Source: Lingula anatina
Taxonomy: Eukaryota; Animalia; Brachiopoda
Assembly (NCBI GenBank): GCA_051362555.1
Contig: CM120645.1
Span: 17,980,001-18,044,000 of the forward strand
Direction: 5' to 3'
DNA length: 64,000 bases
Under the pieces are notes generated by a model. The model was not told the DNA's origin. It searched no databases and saw only the letters and a program-made list of their open reading frames with translations. The position numbers were made by a program, and so were the translations under genes. Of the stretch, positions 15,601-31,000 are shown piece by piece (positions within the stretch are counted from its first letter, which is position 1; each line of letters opens with the position of its first letter).

Positions 15601-18294
15601 TTTATCTGTGTTTGTCATTTATCTGTTTTTTTTATCTGTGTTTTTATTCATTTTGATTACTGTGCATGTTTGTGTTGTCACTGTTCGTGTTTGTATATAT
15701 TGTGGCCACTGTGTATGTAAGTTTTGTCACTCTATTTGTTTGTAATCATTACTATTACTCTGCATGATGGTGTTGTCAGTGTATCTCTATGTTTCTCTTT
15801 ATATTCTGTGTGCTGTGTCTATTCTGTATTGTTACTGAATATGTTTGTACATTATGAGATGACTGTGTACAACTTCATTTTCACTCTTTTTCGTTGTGTT
15901 CAGTCTTATTATGGTGAATGTTACAATTGTCACTGTACATGTCAAAATTTATTCTGATCACTGTGTATGACTGTATTGTGACTGTGTTTCTTTGTATTTA
16001 TTTTGGTTACTGTGTTGGTTGGTGTTGTTACTGTTGATGTTTGTATTTATTGTGAGCACTGTGTATGTCATTTGTTTTACTCTATTTGTTCGTAATCATT
16101 ACCATTACTCTGCATGATGGTGTTGTCAATATATGTCTTTGTGTCTGTTTATATGCTGTTTGCTGTTTCTATTCTGCATTGTTATTGAATGTGTTTGTTC
16201 ATATCGAGATGACTGTTTACGCCTTCGTTTTCACTCTTTTAACTTGTGTTCTTGTGATTAAGGTGAATGTTACTGTTGTCCCTGTACGTTTCAAATTTTT
16301 TTACTCTTTTTCCTTGTGTTCATTCTCATTATGGTAAATGTCATTGTTGTCACTGTACATGTGAAATTTTTTTCTAATCACTGTGTTTCTGTTTTGTGAC
16401 TGTGTTTGTTTGTATTTATTTTGATTACTGTGTTTGTTGGTGTTGTTACTGTTGATGTTTGTATTTATTGTGGGCACTGTGTATGTCAGTTTTTTTACTC
16501 TATTTGTTTGTAATCATTACCATTACTCTGCATGATGGTGTTGTCAATATATGTCTATGTGTCTGTTTATGTGCTGTTTGCTATTTCTATTCTGTATTGT
16601 TACTGAATGTGTTTGTGCATATCCAGATGACTGTTTACGACTTCGTTTTCACTCTTTTTCGTTGTGTTCATTCTTATTATCGTAAATGTTACTGTTGTCA
16701 CTGTACAAGTGAAATTTGTTTCTAATTACTGTTTGTCTGTATTTTCACTGTTTTTGTTTTTATTTATTTTGGTTACTGTGCATGTTTGTGTTGTCACTGT
16801 TCATGTTTGTATTTATTGTGACCACTGTGTATGTAAGTTTTGTCACTCTATTTGTTTGTAATCATTACTATTACTCTGCATGATGGTGTTGTCAGTGTAT
16901 CTCTATGTGTCTCTTTATATTCTGTGTGCTGTGTCTATTCTGTATTGTTACTGAATATGTTTCTACATTATGAGATGACTGTGTACAACTTCGTTTTCAC
17001 TCTTTTTCGTTGTGTTCATTCTTATTACAATGAATGTTATTGTTCTCACTGTACATGTGAATTTTTTTTTCTAATCACTGTGTATGTCTGTTTTGTGACT
17101 GTTTTTGTTTGCATTTATTTTGATTACTGTGTTTGTTGGTGTTGTTACTGTTGATGTTTGTATTTATTATGAGCACTGTGTATGTCAGTTTTGTTACTCT
17201 GTTTGTAATCATTACTATTACTCTGCATGATGGTGTTGTCACTGTATGTCTATGTGTCTGTTTATATTCTTTTTGCTGTGTCTATTCTGTATTGTTACTG
17301 AATGTGTTTGTACATTATGAGATGAATGTGTACAATGTCGTTTTCACTCTTTTTCATCGTGTTCATTCTTATTACGGTAAATGTTACTGTTGTCACTGTA
17401 CAAGTGAAATTTGTTTCTAATTACTGCGTTGTCTGTATTTTTACTGTGTTTCTTTGTATTTATTTTGATTACTGTGTTGGTTGGTGTTGTTACTGTTGAT
17501 GTTTGTATTTATTGTGAGCACTGTGTATGTCAGTTTTTTTACTCTATTTGTTTGTAATCATTACCATTACTCTGCATGATGGTGTTGTCAATATATGTCT
17601 ATGTGTCTGTTTATGTGCTGTTTGCTATTTCTATTCTGTATTGTTACTGAATGTGTTTGTTCATATCGAGATGACTGTTTACGACGTCGTTTTCACTCTT
17701 TTTCGTTGTGTTCATTCTTATTACGTTAAATGTTTTTACTCTTTTTCGTTGTGTTCATTCTTATTATCGTAAATGTTACTGTTGTCACTGTACAAGTGAA
17801 ATTTGTTTCTAATTACTGTTTGTCTGTATTTTCACTGTTTTTGTTTTTATTTATTTTGGTTACTGTGCATGTTTGTGTTGTCACTGTTCATGTTTGTATA
17901 TATTGTGACCACTGTATATGTAAGTTTTGTCACTCTATTTGTTTGTAATCATTACTATTACTCTGCATGATGGTGTTGTCAGTGTATCTCTATGTGTCTC
18001 TTTATATTCTGTGTGCTGTGTCTATTCTGTATTGTTACTGAATATGTTTCTACATTATGAGATGACTGTGTACAACTTCGTTTTCACTCTTTTTCGTTGT
18101 GTTCATTCTTATTACAATGAATGTTATTGTTCTCACTGTACATGTGAATTTTTTTTCTAATCACTGTGTATGTCTGTTTTGTGACTGTTTTTGTTTGCAT
18201 TTATTTTGATTACTGTGTTTGTTGGTGTTGTTACTGTTGATGTTTGTATTTATTGTGAGCACTGTGTATGTCAGTTTTGTCACTCTATTTGTTC

Positions 18295-18406
18295 ACGTAA
18301 TTTTAACTAATTATCATTATTTAATGCTATATAATATCTAACACCATTCTTTAATAGAGGGACCTTTCAATAAAAGCAGCCGCTACCAGCAAAATTCTGA
18401 ACACTA
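18295..18406 (-). repeat. Non-satellite insert, copy 3
   Basis: Most diverged copy; retains CACCATTCTT. Confidence 0.8.
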
Positions 18407-21400
18407 TTTATCTGTGTTTGTCAAATATCTGTTTTTTTTTATCTGTGTTTTTATTCATTTTGATTACTTTGCATGTTTGTGTTGTCACTGTTCGTGTTTG
18501 TATTTATTGTGAGCACTGTGTATGTCAGTTTTGTCACTCTATTTGTTTGTAGTCATTTTGATCATTGTGCATTTTAGCGTTGGCACTGTTTGTGTTTATA
18601 TCTATTGTCAGCAATGTGGATGTCAGTTTTGTCTGTTTATTTATTTTTAGTCTTTATTTTAACTGTGCATGTTGGTGTTGTCACTGTCATTATAGTTTAT
18701 GTGTCTGTTTATACTCTGATCACTGTTTCCGTTCTGTATTGTCATTGAATGTGTTTGTATATATATTGTGATCACTGTGTATGACTGTGTAATCACCCGA
18801 TTAATTTGTGTTTATTCTTGTTACTATGCATGGTTGTGTGGTCACTGTACATGTTAAAATTTATTCTGCTCACTGTGTATGTCTGTATTGTGACTGTGTT
18901 TGTTTGTATTCATTTTGATTATTGTGCATGTTATTATTGTCACTGTACATGTTAATATTTATTTTGACCACTGTTTATGTCAGTTTTATGTGGATGTTTG
19001 CATTTATTATGAGCACTGTGTATGTCAGTTTTTTTTTTTACTCTATTTGTTTGTAATCATTACCAATACTCTGCGTGATGCTGTTGTCACTGTATCTCTA
19101 TGTGTCTGTTTATATGCTGTTTCCTTTGTCTATTCTGTATTGTTCCTGAATGTGTTTATATATATTGTGATGACTGTGTATGACTTTGTTTTCACTCTTT
19201 TTCCTTGTGTTCATTTCCATTATGGTTAACGTTACAGTTGTCACTGTACACGTCAAAATTTTTCTAATCGCTGTGTTTATCTGTATTTTCACTGTGTTTC
19301 TTTTTATGTCTGATTAATGTGTTTCTTGGTGTTGTTACTGTTGATGTTTGTATTTATTGTGAGCACTGTGTATGTCAGTTTAGTTACTCTGTTTGTAATC
19401 ATTACTATTACTCTGCATGATGGTGTTGTCAGTGTATCTCTATGTGTCTCTTTATATTCTGTGTGCTGTGTCTATTCTGTATTGTTACTGAATATGTTTC
19501 TACATTATGAGATGACTGTGTACAACTTCGTTTTCACTCTTTTTCGTTGTGTTCATTCTTATTACAATGAATGTTATTGTTCTCACTGTACATGTGAATT
19601 TTTTTTCTAATCACTGTGTATGTCTGTTTTGTGACTGTTTTTGTTTGCATTTATTTTGATTACTGTGTTTGTTGGTGTTGTTACTGTTGATGTTTGTATT
19701 TATTGTGAGCACTGTGTATGTCAGTTTTGTTACTCTGTTTGTAATCATTACTATTACTCTGTATGATGGTGTTGTCACTGTATGTCTATGTGTCTGTTTA
19801 TATGCTGTTTGCTGTTTCTATTCTGTATTGTTACTGAATGTGTTTGTACATTATGAGATGACTGTGTACAACTTCATTTTCACTCTTTTTCATTGTGTTC
19901 ATTCTTATTTGAAATTTTTTCATATTACTATTTCGGTTTCACTATTTTACCTTGTGTTCTTGTCATTATGGTGAATGTCATTGTTGTCACTGTACATGTG
20001 AAATTTTTTTCTAATCACTGTGTTTCTGTTTTATGACTGTTTGTTTGTATTTATTTTGATTAATGTGTTTGTTGGTGTTGTTACTGTTGATATTTGTATT
20101 TATTGTGAACACTGTGTATATCAGTTTTGTCACTCTATTTGTTTGTAATTACTATTACTGTGCATGATGGTGTTGTCACTATGTTTATGTGTCTGTTTAT
20201 ATGCTGTTTGCTGTTTCTATTCTATATTGTTACTGAATGTGTTTGTACATTATGAGATGACTGTCTACAACTTCATTTTCACTCTTTTTCATTGTGTTCA
20301 TTCTTATTTGAAATTTTTTTCTTATCACTGTGTATGTCTATGTTTTGACTGTGCTTGTTTTTATTCATTTTGATTACTGTGCATGTTTGTGTTGTCACTG
20401 TTTGTGTTTATATCTATTGTCAGCAATGTGTATGTCATTTTTGTCACTCTATTTGTTTGTAATCATTACTATTAGTCTGCATGATGGTGTTGTCACTATG
20501 TTTATGTGTCTGTTTATATGCTGTTTGCTGTTTCTATTCTGTATTATTACTGAATGTGTTTGTTCATTATGAGATGACTGTGTACAACTTTGTTTTCACT
20601 CTTTTTCGTCGTGTTCATTCTTATTATGGTAAATGTTACTGTTGTCACTGTACATTTGATATTTTTTTCTAATCACTGTGTATGTCTGTTTTGTGACTTT
20701 TTGTTTGCATTTATTTTAATTACTGTGTTTGTTGGTGTTGTTACTGTTGATGTTTGTATTTATTATGAGCACTGTGTATGTCAGTTTTGTTACTCTATGT
20801 GTTTGTAATCATTACTATTACTCTGTATGATGGTGTTGTCACTGTATGTCTATGTGTCTGTTTATATTCTCTGTGCTGTGTCTATTCTGTATTGTTACTG
20901 AATGTGTTTGTACATTATGAGATGACTGTACAACTTCGTTTTCACTCTTTTTCGTTGTGTTCATTCTTATTACGGTAAATGTTTCTGTTGTCACTGTACA
21001 TGTGAAATTTGTTTCTAATAACTGTGTTTGTCTGTATTTTTACTGTGTTTATTTTTATTTATTTTGGTTACTATGCATGTTTGTGTTGTCACAGTTCGTG
21101 TTTGTATTTATTGTGAGCACTGTGTATGTCAGTTTTGTCACTCTATTTGTTTGTAATCATTACTATTACTCTGCATGATGGTGTTGTCACTATGTTTATG
21201 TGTCTGTTTATATGCTGTTTGCTGTTTCTATTCTGTATTATTACTGAATGTGTTTGTTCATTATGAGATGACTGTGTACAACTTTGTTTTCACTCTTTTT
21301 CGTCGTGTTCATTCTTATTATGGTAAATGTTACTGTTGTCACTGTACATTTGATATTTTTTTCTAATCACTGTGTATGTCTGTTTTGTGACTTTTTGTTT

Positions 21401-24226
21401 ACATTTCTTTTAATTACTGTGTTTGTTGGTGTTGTTACTGTTGATGTTTGTATTTATTGTGAGCACTGTGTATGTCAGTTTTTTTACTCTTTGTTTGTAA
21501 TCATTACTATTACTGTGCATGATGGTGTTGTCACTATGTTTATGTGTCTGTTTATATGCTGTTTGCTGTTTCTATTCTGTATTGTTACTGAATGTGTTTG
21601 TACATTATGAGATGACTGTGTACAACTTTGTTTTCACTCTTTTTCGTCGTGTTCATTCTTATTACGGTAAATGTTACTGCTGTCACTGTACAAGTGAAAT
21701 TTGTTTCTAATTACTATGTTTGTCTGTATTTTTACTGTGTTTGTTTTTATTTATTTTGGTTACTGTGCATTTTTGTGTTGTCACTGTTCATGTTTGTATT
21801 TATTGTGACCACTGCGTATGTCAGTTTTGTCACTCTATTTGTTTGTAATCATTACTATTAGTCTGCATGATGGTGTTGTCACTGTATCTCTATGTGTCTC
21901 TTTATATTCTGTGTGCTGTGTCTATTATGTATTGTTACTGAATGTGTTTGTACATTATGAGATGACCGTGTACAACTTTGTTTTCACTCTTTTTCGTCGT
22001 GTTCATTCTTATTACGGTAAATGTTACTGTTGTCACTGTACATATGATATTTTTTTCTAATCACTGTGTAATATTGTGTTTTGACTGTGCTTGTTTTCAT
22101 TCATTTAGATTACTGTGGATGTTTGTGTTGTCACTGTTCTTGTTTGTATTTATTGTGAGCACTGATTGGGTTGTCACTATGTTTATGTGTCTGTTTATAT
22201 GTTGTTTGCTGTTTCTATTCTGTATTATTACTGAATGTGTTTGTACATTATGAGATGACTATGTACAACTTCGTTTTCACTCTTTTTCGTTATGTTCATT
22301 CTTATTACGATGAATGTTATTGTTCTCACTGTACATGTGAATTTTTTTTCTAATCACTGTGTATGTCTGTTTTGTGACTGTTTTTGTTTGCATTTATTTT
22401 GATTCCTGTGTTTGTTGGTGTTGTTACTGTTGATTTTTGTATTTATTGTGAGCACTGTGTATGTCAGTTTTGTTACTCTGTTTGTAATCATTACTATTAC
22501 TCTGTATGATGGTGTTGTCACTGTATGTCTATGGTTCTTTTTATATTCTTTTTGCTGTGTCTATTCTGTATTGTTACTGAATGTGTTTGTACATTATGAG
22601 ATGAATGTGTACAATGTCGTTTTCACTCTTTTTCGTCGTGTTCATTCTTATTACGGTAAATGTTACTGTTGTCACTGTACATTTGATATATTTTTCTAAT
22701 CACTGTGTAATATTGTTCTTTTCTTATTACTGTGTTTGTCTGTATTTTTACTGTGTTTGTTTTTATTTATTTTGGATACTGCATGTTTGTGTTGTCACTG
22801 TTCGTGTTTGTATTTATTGTGAACACTGTGTATGTCAGTTTTGTCACTCTATTTGTTTGTAATCATTACTATTACTCTGCATGATGGTGTTGTCAGTGTA
22901 TCTCTATGTGTCTTTTTATATTCTGTGTGCTGTGTCTATTCTGTATTGTTACTGTATGTGTTTGTACATTATGAGATGACTGTGTACAACTTCGTTTTCA
23001 CTGTTTTTCGTCGTGTTCATTCTTATTATGGTGAATGTTACTGTTCTCACTGTACATGTGAATTTTTTTTTTCTAATCACTGTGTATGTCTGTTTTGTAA
23101 CTTTTTATTTGCATTTATTTTGATTACTGTGTTTGTTGGTGTTGTTACTGTTATTGTTTATATTTATTATGAGCACTGTGTATGTCAGTTTTGTTACTCA
23201 ATTTGTTTGTAATCATTACTATTACTCTGCATGATGGTGTTGTCACTGTATGTCTATGTGTCTCTTTATATTCTCTTTGCTGTGTCTATTCTGTATTGTT
23301 ACTGAATGTGTTTGTACATTATGAGATGAATGTGTACAACGTCGTTTTCACTCTTTTTCGTTGTGTTCATTCTTATTATGGTAAATGTTACTGTTGTCTC
23401 TGTACACTGTCTGTATTTTTACTGTGTTTCTTTGTATTTATTTTGATTACTGTGTTGGTTGGTGTTGTTACTGTTGATGTTTGTATTTATTGTGAGCACT
23501 GTGTATGTCAGTTTTTTTACTCTATTTGTTTGTAATCATTACCTTTACTCTGCATGATGGTGTTGTCAATATATGTCTATGTGTCTGTTTATATGCTGTT
23601 TGCTGTTTCTATTGTGTATTGTTACTGAATGTGTTTATTCATATCGAGATGACTGTTTACGATTTCGTTTTCACTCTTTTACCTTGTGTTCTTGTCATTA
23701 TGGTGAATGTCATTGTTGTCACTGTACATGTGAAATTTTTTTCTAATCACTGTGTTTCTGTTTTGTGACTGTGTTTGTTTGTATTTATTTTGATTACTGT
23801 GTTTGTTGGTGTTGTTACTGTTGATGTTTGTATTTATTGTGAACACTGTGTATGTCAGTTTTGTCACTCTATTTGTTTGTAATCATTACTAATACTTTGC
23901 ATGATGGTGTTGTCACTATGTTTATGTGTCTGTTTATATGCTGTTTGCTGTTTCTATTCTGTATTGTTACTGAATGTGTTTGTACATTATGAGATGACTG
24001 TGTACAACTTTGTTTTCACTCTTTTTTGTCATGTTCATTCTTAGTACGGTAAATGTTACTGTTGTCACTGTACATTTGATATTTTTTTCTAATCACTGTG
24101 TATGTCTGTGTTTTGACTGTGCTTGTTTTTATTCATTTTGATTACTATGCATGTTTGTGTTGTCACTGTTCGTGTTTGTATTTATTGTGAGCACTGTGTA
24201 TGTCAGTTTTGTCACTCTATTTGTTT

Positions 24227-24339
24227 ACGTAATTTTAACTAATTTAACATTATTTAATGCTATATAATATCTAACACCATTCTTTAACAGAGGGACCTTT
24301 CAATAAAAGCAGCCGCTACCGGCCAAATTTCGAACACTA
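24227..24339 (-). repeat. Non-satellite insert, copy 4
   Basis: Same sequence, TAACAG variant. Confidence 0.8.
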
Positions 24340-27300
24340 TTATCTGTGTTTGTCATTTATCTGTTTTTTTTATCTGTGTTTTTATTCATTTTGATTACTG
24401 TGCATGTTTGTGTTGTCACTGTTAGTGTTTGTATTTATTGTGAGCACTGTGTATATCAGTTTTGTCACTCTATTTGTTTGTAATCATTACTATTACTCTG
24501 CATGATGGTGTTGTCAGTGTATCTCTATGTTTCTCTTTATATTCTGTGTGCTGTGTCTATTCTGTATTGTTACTGAATATGTTTGTACATTATGAGATGA
24601 CTGTGTACAACTTCATTTTCACTCTTTTTCGTTGTGTTCAGTCTTATTATGGTGAATGTTACAATTGTCACTGTACATGTCAAAATTTATTCTGATCACT
24701 GTGTATGACTGTATTGTGACTGTGTTTCTTTGTATTTATTTTGGTTACTGTGTTGGTTGGTGTTGTTACTGTTGATGTTTGTATTTATTGTGAGCACTGT
24801 GTATGTCATTTGTTTTACTCTATTTGTTTGTAATCATTACCATTACTCTGCATAATGGATCTGTCAATATATGTCTATGTGTCTGTTTATATGCTGTTTG
24901 CTGTTTCTATTCTGTATTGTTACTGAATGTGTTTGTTCATATCGAGATGACTGTTTACGACTTTGTTTTCACTCTTTTACCTTGTGTTCTTGTCATTATG
25001 GTGAATGTCATTGTTGTCACTGTACATGTGAAATTTATTTCTAATCACTGTGTATGTCTGTTTTGTGACTTTTTGTTTGCATTTATTTTGATTACTGTGT
25101 TTGTTGGTGTTGTTACTGTTGATGTTTGTATTTATTATGAGCACTGTGTATGTCAGTTTTGTTACTCTATTTGTTTGTAATCATTACTATTACTCTGCAT
25201 GATGGTGTTGTCACTGTATGTCTATGTGTCTGTTTATATTCTTTTTGCTGTGTCTATTCTGTATTGTTACTGAATGTGTTTGTACTTTATGAGATGAATG
25301 TGTACAATGTCGTTTTCACTCTTTTTCGTTGTGTTCATTCTTATTACGGTTAATGTTACTGTTGTCACTGTACAGGTGAAATTTGTTTCTAATTACTGTG
25401 TTGTCTGTATTTTTACTGTGTTTCTTTGTATTTATTTTGATTACTGTGTTGGTTGGTGTTGTTACTGTTGATGTTTGTATTTATTGTGAGCACTGTGTAT
25501 GTCAGTTTTTTTACTCTATTTGTTTGTAATCATTACCATTACTCTGCATGATGGTGTTGTCAATATATATCTATGTGTCTGTTTATATGCTGTTTGCTGT
25601 TTCTATTGTGTATTGTTACTGAATGTGTTTATTCATATTGAGATGACTGTTTACGATTTCATTTTCACTCTTTTACCTTGTATTCTGGTGAATGTCATTG
25701 TTGTCACTGTACATGTGAAATCTTTTTCTAATCACTGTGTTTCTGTTTTGTGACTGTGTTTGTTTGTATTTATTTTGATTACTGTGTTTGTTGGTGTTGT
25801 TACTGTTGATATTTGTATTTATTGTGAACACTGTGTATATCAGTTTTGTCACTCTATTTGTTTGTAATCATTACTATTACTGTGCATGATGGTGTTGTCA
25901 CTATGTTTATGTGTCTGTTTATATGCTGTTTGCTGTTTCTATTCTATATTGTTACTGAATGTGTTTGTACATTATGAGATGACTGTCTACAACTTCATTT
26001 TCACTCTTTTTCATTGTGTTCATTCTTATTTGAAATTTTTTTCTTATCACTGTGTATGTCTATGTTTTGACTGTGCTTGTTTTTATTCATTTTGATTACT
26101 GTGCATGTTTGTGTTGTCACTGTTTGTGTTTATATCTATTGTCAGCAATGTGTATGTCAGTTTTGTCACTCTATTTGTTTGTAATCATTACAATTACTCT
26201 GCATGATGGTGTTGTCACTATGTTTATGTGTCTGTTTATATGCTGTTTGCTGTTTCTATTCTGTATTATTACTGAATGTGTTTGTTCATTATGAGATGAC
26301 TGTGTACAACTTTGTTTTCACTCTTTTTCGTCGTGTTCATTCTTATTATGGTAAATGTTACTGTTGTCACTGTACATTTGATATTTTTTTGTAATCACTG
26401 TGTGTCTGTTTTGTGACTTTTTGTTTGCATTTATTTTAATTACTGTGTTTGTTGGTGTTGTTACTTTTGATGTTTGTATTTATTATGAGCACTGTGTATG
26501 TCAGTTTTGTTACTCTATGTGTTTGTTATCATTACCTTTACTCTGCATGATGGTGTTGTCAATATATGTCTATGTGTCTGTTTATATGCTGTTTGCTGTT
26601 TCTATTGTGTATTGTTACTGAATGTGTTTATTCATATCGAGATGACTGTTTACGATTTCGTTTTCACTCTTTTACCTTGTGTTCTTGTCATTATGGTGAA
26701 TGTCATTGTTGTCACTGTACATGTGAAATTTTTTTCTAATCACTGTGTTTCTGTTTTGTGACTGTGTTTGTTTGTATTTATTTTGATTACTGTGTTTGTT
26801 GGTGTTGTTACTGTTGATGTTTGTATTTATTGTGAACACTGTGTATGTCAGTTTTGTCACTCTATTTGTTTGTAATCATTACTAATACTTTGCATGATGG
26901 TGTTGTCACTATGTTTATGTGTCTGTTTATATGCTGTTTGCTGTTTCTATTCTGTATTATTACTGAATGTGTTTGTTCATTATGAGATGACTGTGTACAA
27001 CTTTGTTTTCACTCTTTTTCGTCGTGTTCATTCTTATTATGGTAAATGTTACTGTTGTCACTGTACATTTGATATTTTTTTGTAATCACTGTGTGTCTGT
27101 TTTGTGACTTTTTGTTTGCATTTATTTTAATTACTGTGTTTGTTGGTGTTGTTACTTTTGATGTTTGTATTTATTATGAGCACTGTGTATGTCAGTTTTG
27201 TTACTCTATGTGTTTGTTATCATTACCTTTACTCTGCATGATGGTGTTGTCAATATATGTCTATGTGTCTGTTTATATGCTGTTTGCTGTTTCTATTGTG

Positions 27301-27910
27301 TATTGTTACTGAATGTGTTTATTCATATCGAGATGACTGTTTACGATTTCGTTTTCACTCTTTTACCTTGTGTTCTTGTCATTATGGTGAATGTCATTGT
27401 TGTCACTGTACATGTGAAATTTTTTTCTAATCACTGTGTTTCTGTTTTGTGACTGTGTTTGTTTGTATTTATTTTGATTACTGTGTTTGTTGGTGTTGTT
27501 ACTGTTGATGTTTGTATTTATTGTGAACACTGTGTATGTCAGTTTTGTCACTCTATTTGTTTGTAATCATTACTAATACTTTGCATGATGGTGTTGTCAC
27601 TATGTTTATGTGTCTGTTTATATGCTGTTTGCTGTTTCTATTCTGTATTGTTACTGAATGTGTTTGTACATTATGAGATGACTGTGTACAACTTTGTTTT
27701 CACTCTTTTTTGTCATGTTCATTCTTAGTACGGTAAATGTTACTGTTGTCACTGTACATTTGATATTTTTTTCTAATCACTGTGTATGTCTGTGTTTTGA
27801 CTGTGCTTGTTTTTATTCATTTTGATTACTATGCATGTTTGTGTTGTCACTGTTCGTGTTTGTATTTATTGTGAGCACTGTGTATGTCAGTTTTGTCACT
27901 CTATTTGTTT

Positions 27911-28023
27911 ACGTAATTTTAACTAATTTAACATTATTTAATGCTATATAATATCTAACACCATTCTTTAACAGAGGGACCTTTCAATAAAAGCAGCCGC
28001 TACCGGCCAAATTTCGAACACTA
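27911..28023 (-). repeat. Non-satellite insert, copy 5
   Basis: Matches copy 4 at an offset of 3684 bp. Confidence 0.8.
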
Positions 28024-31000
28024 TTATCTGTGTTTGTCATTTATCTGTTTTTTTTATCTGTGTTTTTATTCATTTTGATTACTGTGCATGTTTGTGTTGT
28101 CACTGTTAGTGTTTGTATTTATTGTGAGCACTGTGTATATCAGTTTTGTCACTATTTGTTTGTAATCATTACTATTACTCTGCATGATGGTGTTGTCAGT
28201 GTATCTCTATGTTTCTCTTTATATTCTGTGTGCTGTGTCTATTCTGTATTGTTACTGAATATGTTTGTACATTATGAGGTGACTGTGTACAACTTCATTT
28301 TCACTCTTTTTCGTTGTGTTCAGTCTTATTATGGTGAATGTTACAATTGTCACTGTACATGTCAAAATTTATTCTGATCACTGTGTATGACTGTATTGTG
28401 ACTGTGTTTCTTTGTATTTATTTTGATTACTGTGTTGGTTGGTGTTGTTACTGTTGATGTTTGTATTTATTGTGAGCACTGTGTATGTCATTTGTTTTAC
28501 TCTATTTGTTTGTAATCATTACCATTACTCTGCATAATGGATCTGTCAATATATGTCTATGTGTCTGTTTATATGCTGTTTGCTGTTTCTATTCTGTATT
28601 GTTACTGAATGTGTTTGTTCATATCGAGATGACTGTTTACGACTTTGTTTTCACTCTTTTACCTTGTGTTCTTGTCATTATGGTGAATGTCATTGTTGTC
28701 ACTGTACATGTGAAATTTATTTCTAATCACTGTGTATGTCTGTTTTGTGACTTTTTGTTTGCATTTATTTTGATTACTGTGTTTGTTGGTGTTGTTACTG
28801 TTGATGTTTGTATTTATTATGAGCACTGTGTATGTCAGTTTTGTTACTCTATTTGTTTGTAATCATTACTATTACTCTGCATGATGGTGTTGTCACTGTA
28901 TGTCTATGTGTCTGTTTATATTCTTTTTGCTGTGTCTATTCTGTATTGTTACTGAATGTGTTTGTACTTTATGAGATGAATGTGTACAATGTCGTTTTCA
29001 CTCTTTTTCGTTGTGTTCATTCTTATTACGGTAAATGTTACTGTTGTCACTGTATAGGTGAAATTTGTTTCTAATTACTGTGTTGTCTGTATTTTTACTG
29101 TGTTTCTTTGTATTTATTTTGATTACTGTGTTGGTTGGTGTTGTTACTGTTGATGTTTGTATTTATTGTGAGCACTGTGTATGTCAGTTTTTTTACTCTA
29201 TTTGTTTGTAATCATTACCATTACTCTGCATGATGGTGTTGTCAATATATATCTATGTGTCTGTTTATATGCTGTTTGCTGTTTCTATTGTGTATTGTTA
29301 CTGAATGTGTTTATTCATATTGAGATGACTGTTTACGATTTCATTTTCACTCTTTTACCTTGTATTCTGGTGAATGTCATTGTTGTCACTGTACATGTGA
29401 AATCTTTTTCTAATCACTGTGTTTCTGTTTTGTGACTGTGTTTGTTTGTATTTATTTTGATTACTGTGTTTGTTGGTGTTGTTACTGTTGATATTTGTAT
29501 TTATTGTGAACACTGTGTATATCAGTTTTGTCACTCTATTTGTTTGTAATCATTACTATTACTGTGCATGATGGTGTTGTCACTATGTTTATGTGTCTGT
29601 TTATATGCTGTTTGCTGTTTCTATTCTATATTGTTACTGAATGTGTTTGTACATTATGAGATGACTGTCTACAACTTCATTTTCACTCTTTTTCATTGTG
29701 TTCATTCTTATTTGAAATTTTTTTCTTATCACTGTGTATGTCTATGTTTTGACTGTGCTTGTTTTTATTCATTTTGATTACTGTGCATGTTTGTGTTGTC
29801 ACTGTTTGTGTTTATATCTATTGTCAGCAATGTGTATGTCAGTTTTGTCACTCTATTTGTTTGTAATCATTACAATTACTCTGCATGATGGTGTTGTCAC
29901 TATGTTTATGTGTCTGTTTATATGCTGTTTGCTGTTTCTATTCTGTATTATTACTGAATGTGTTTGTTCATTATGAGATGACTGTGTACAACTTTGTTTT
30001 CACTCTTTTTCGTCGTGTTCATTCTTATTATGGTAAATGTTACTGTTGTCACTGTACATTTGATATTTTTTTGTAATCACTGTGTGTCTGTTTTGTGACT
30101 TTTTGTTTGCATTTATTTTAATTACTGTGTTTGTTGGTGTTGTTACTGTTGATGTTTGTATTTATTATGAGCACTGTGTATGTCAGTTTTGTTACTCTAT
30201 GTGTTTGTTATCATTACTATTACTCTGTATGATGGTGTTGTCACTCTATGTCTATGTGTCTGTTTATATTCTGTCTGCTGTGTCTATTCTGTATTGTTAC
30301 TGAATGTGTTTGTACATTAAGAGATGACTGTGTACAACTTCGTTTTCACTCTTTTTCGTTGTGTTCATTCTTCTTACAGTAAATGTTACTGTTGTCACTG
30401 TACAAGTGAAATTTGTTTCTAATTACTATGTTTTTCTGTATTTTTACTGTGTTTGTTTTTATTTATTTTGGTTACTGTGCATTTTTGTGTTGTCACTGTT
30501 TGTTTGTATTTATTGTGAGCACTGTGTATGTCAGTTTTGTCACTCTATTTGTTTGTAATCATTACTATTACTCTGCATGATGGTGTTGTCACTATGTTTA
30601 TGTGTCTGTTTATATGCTGTTTGCTGTTTCTATTCTGTATTATTACTGAATGTGTTTGTTCATTATGAGATGACTGTGTACAACTTTGTTTTCACTCTTT
30701 TTCGTCGTGTTCATTCTTATTATGGTAAATGTTACTGTTGTCACTGTACATTTGATATTTTTTTCTAATCACTGTGTATGTCTGTTTTGTGACTTTTTGT
30801 TTGCATTTATTTTAATTACTGTGTTTGTTGGTGTTGTTACTGTTGATGTTTGTATTTATTGTGAGCACTGTGTATGTCAGTTTTTTTACTCTTTGTTTGT
30901 AATCATTACTATTACTGTGCATGATGGTGTTGTCACTATGTTTATGTGTCTGTTTATATGCTGTTTGCTGTTTCTATTCTGTATTGTTACTGAATGTGTT

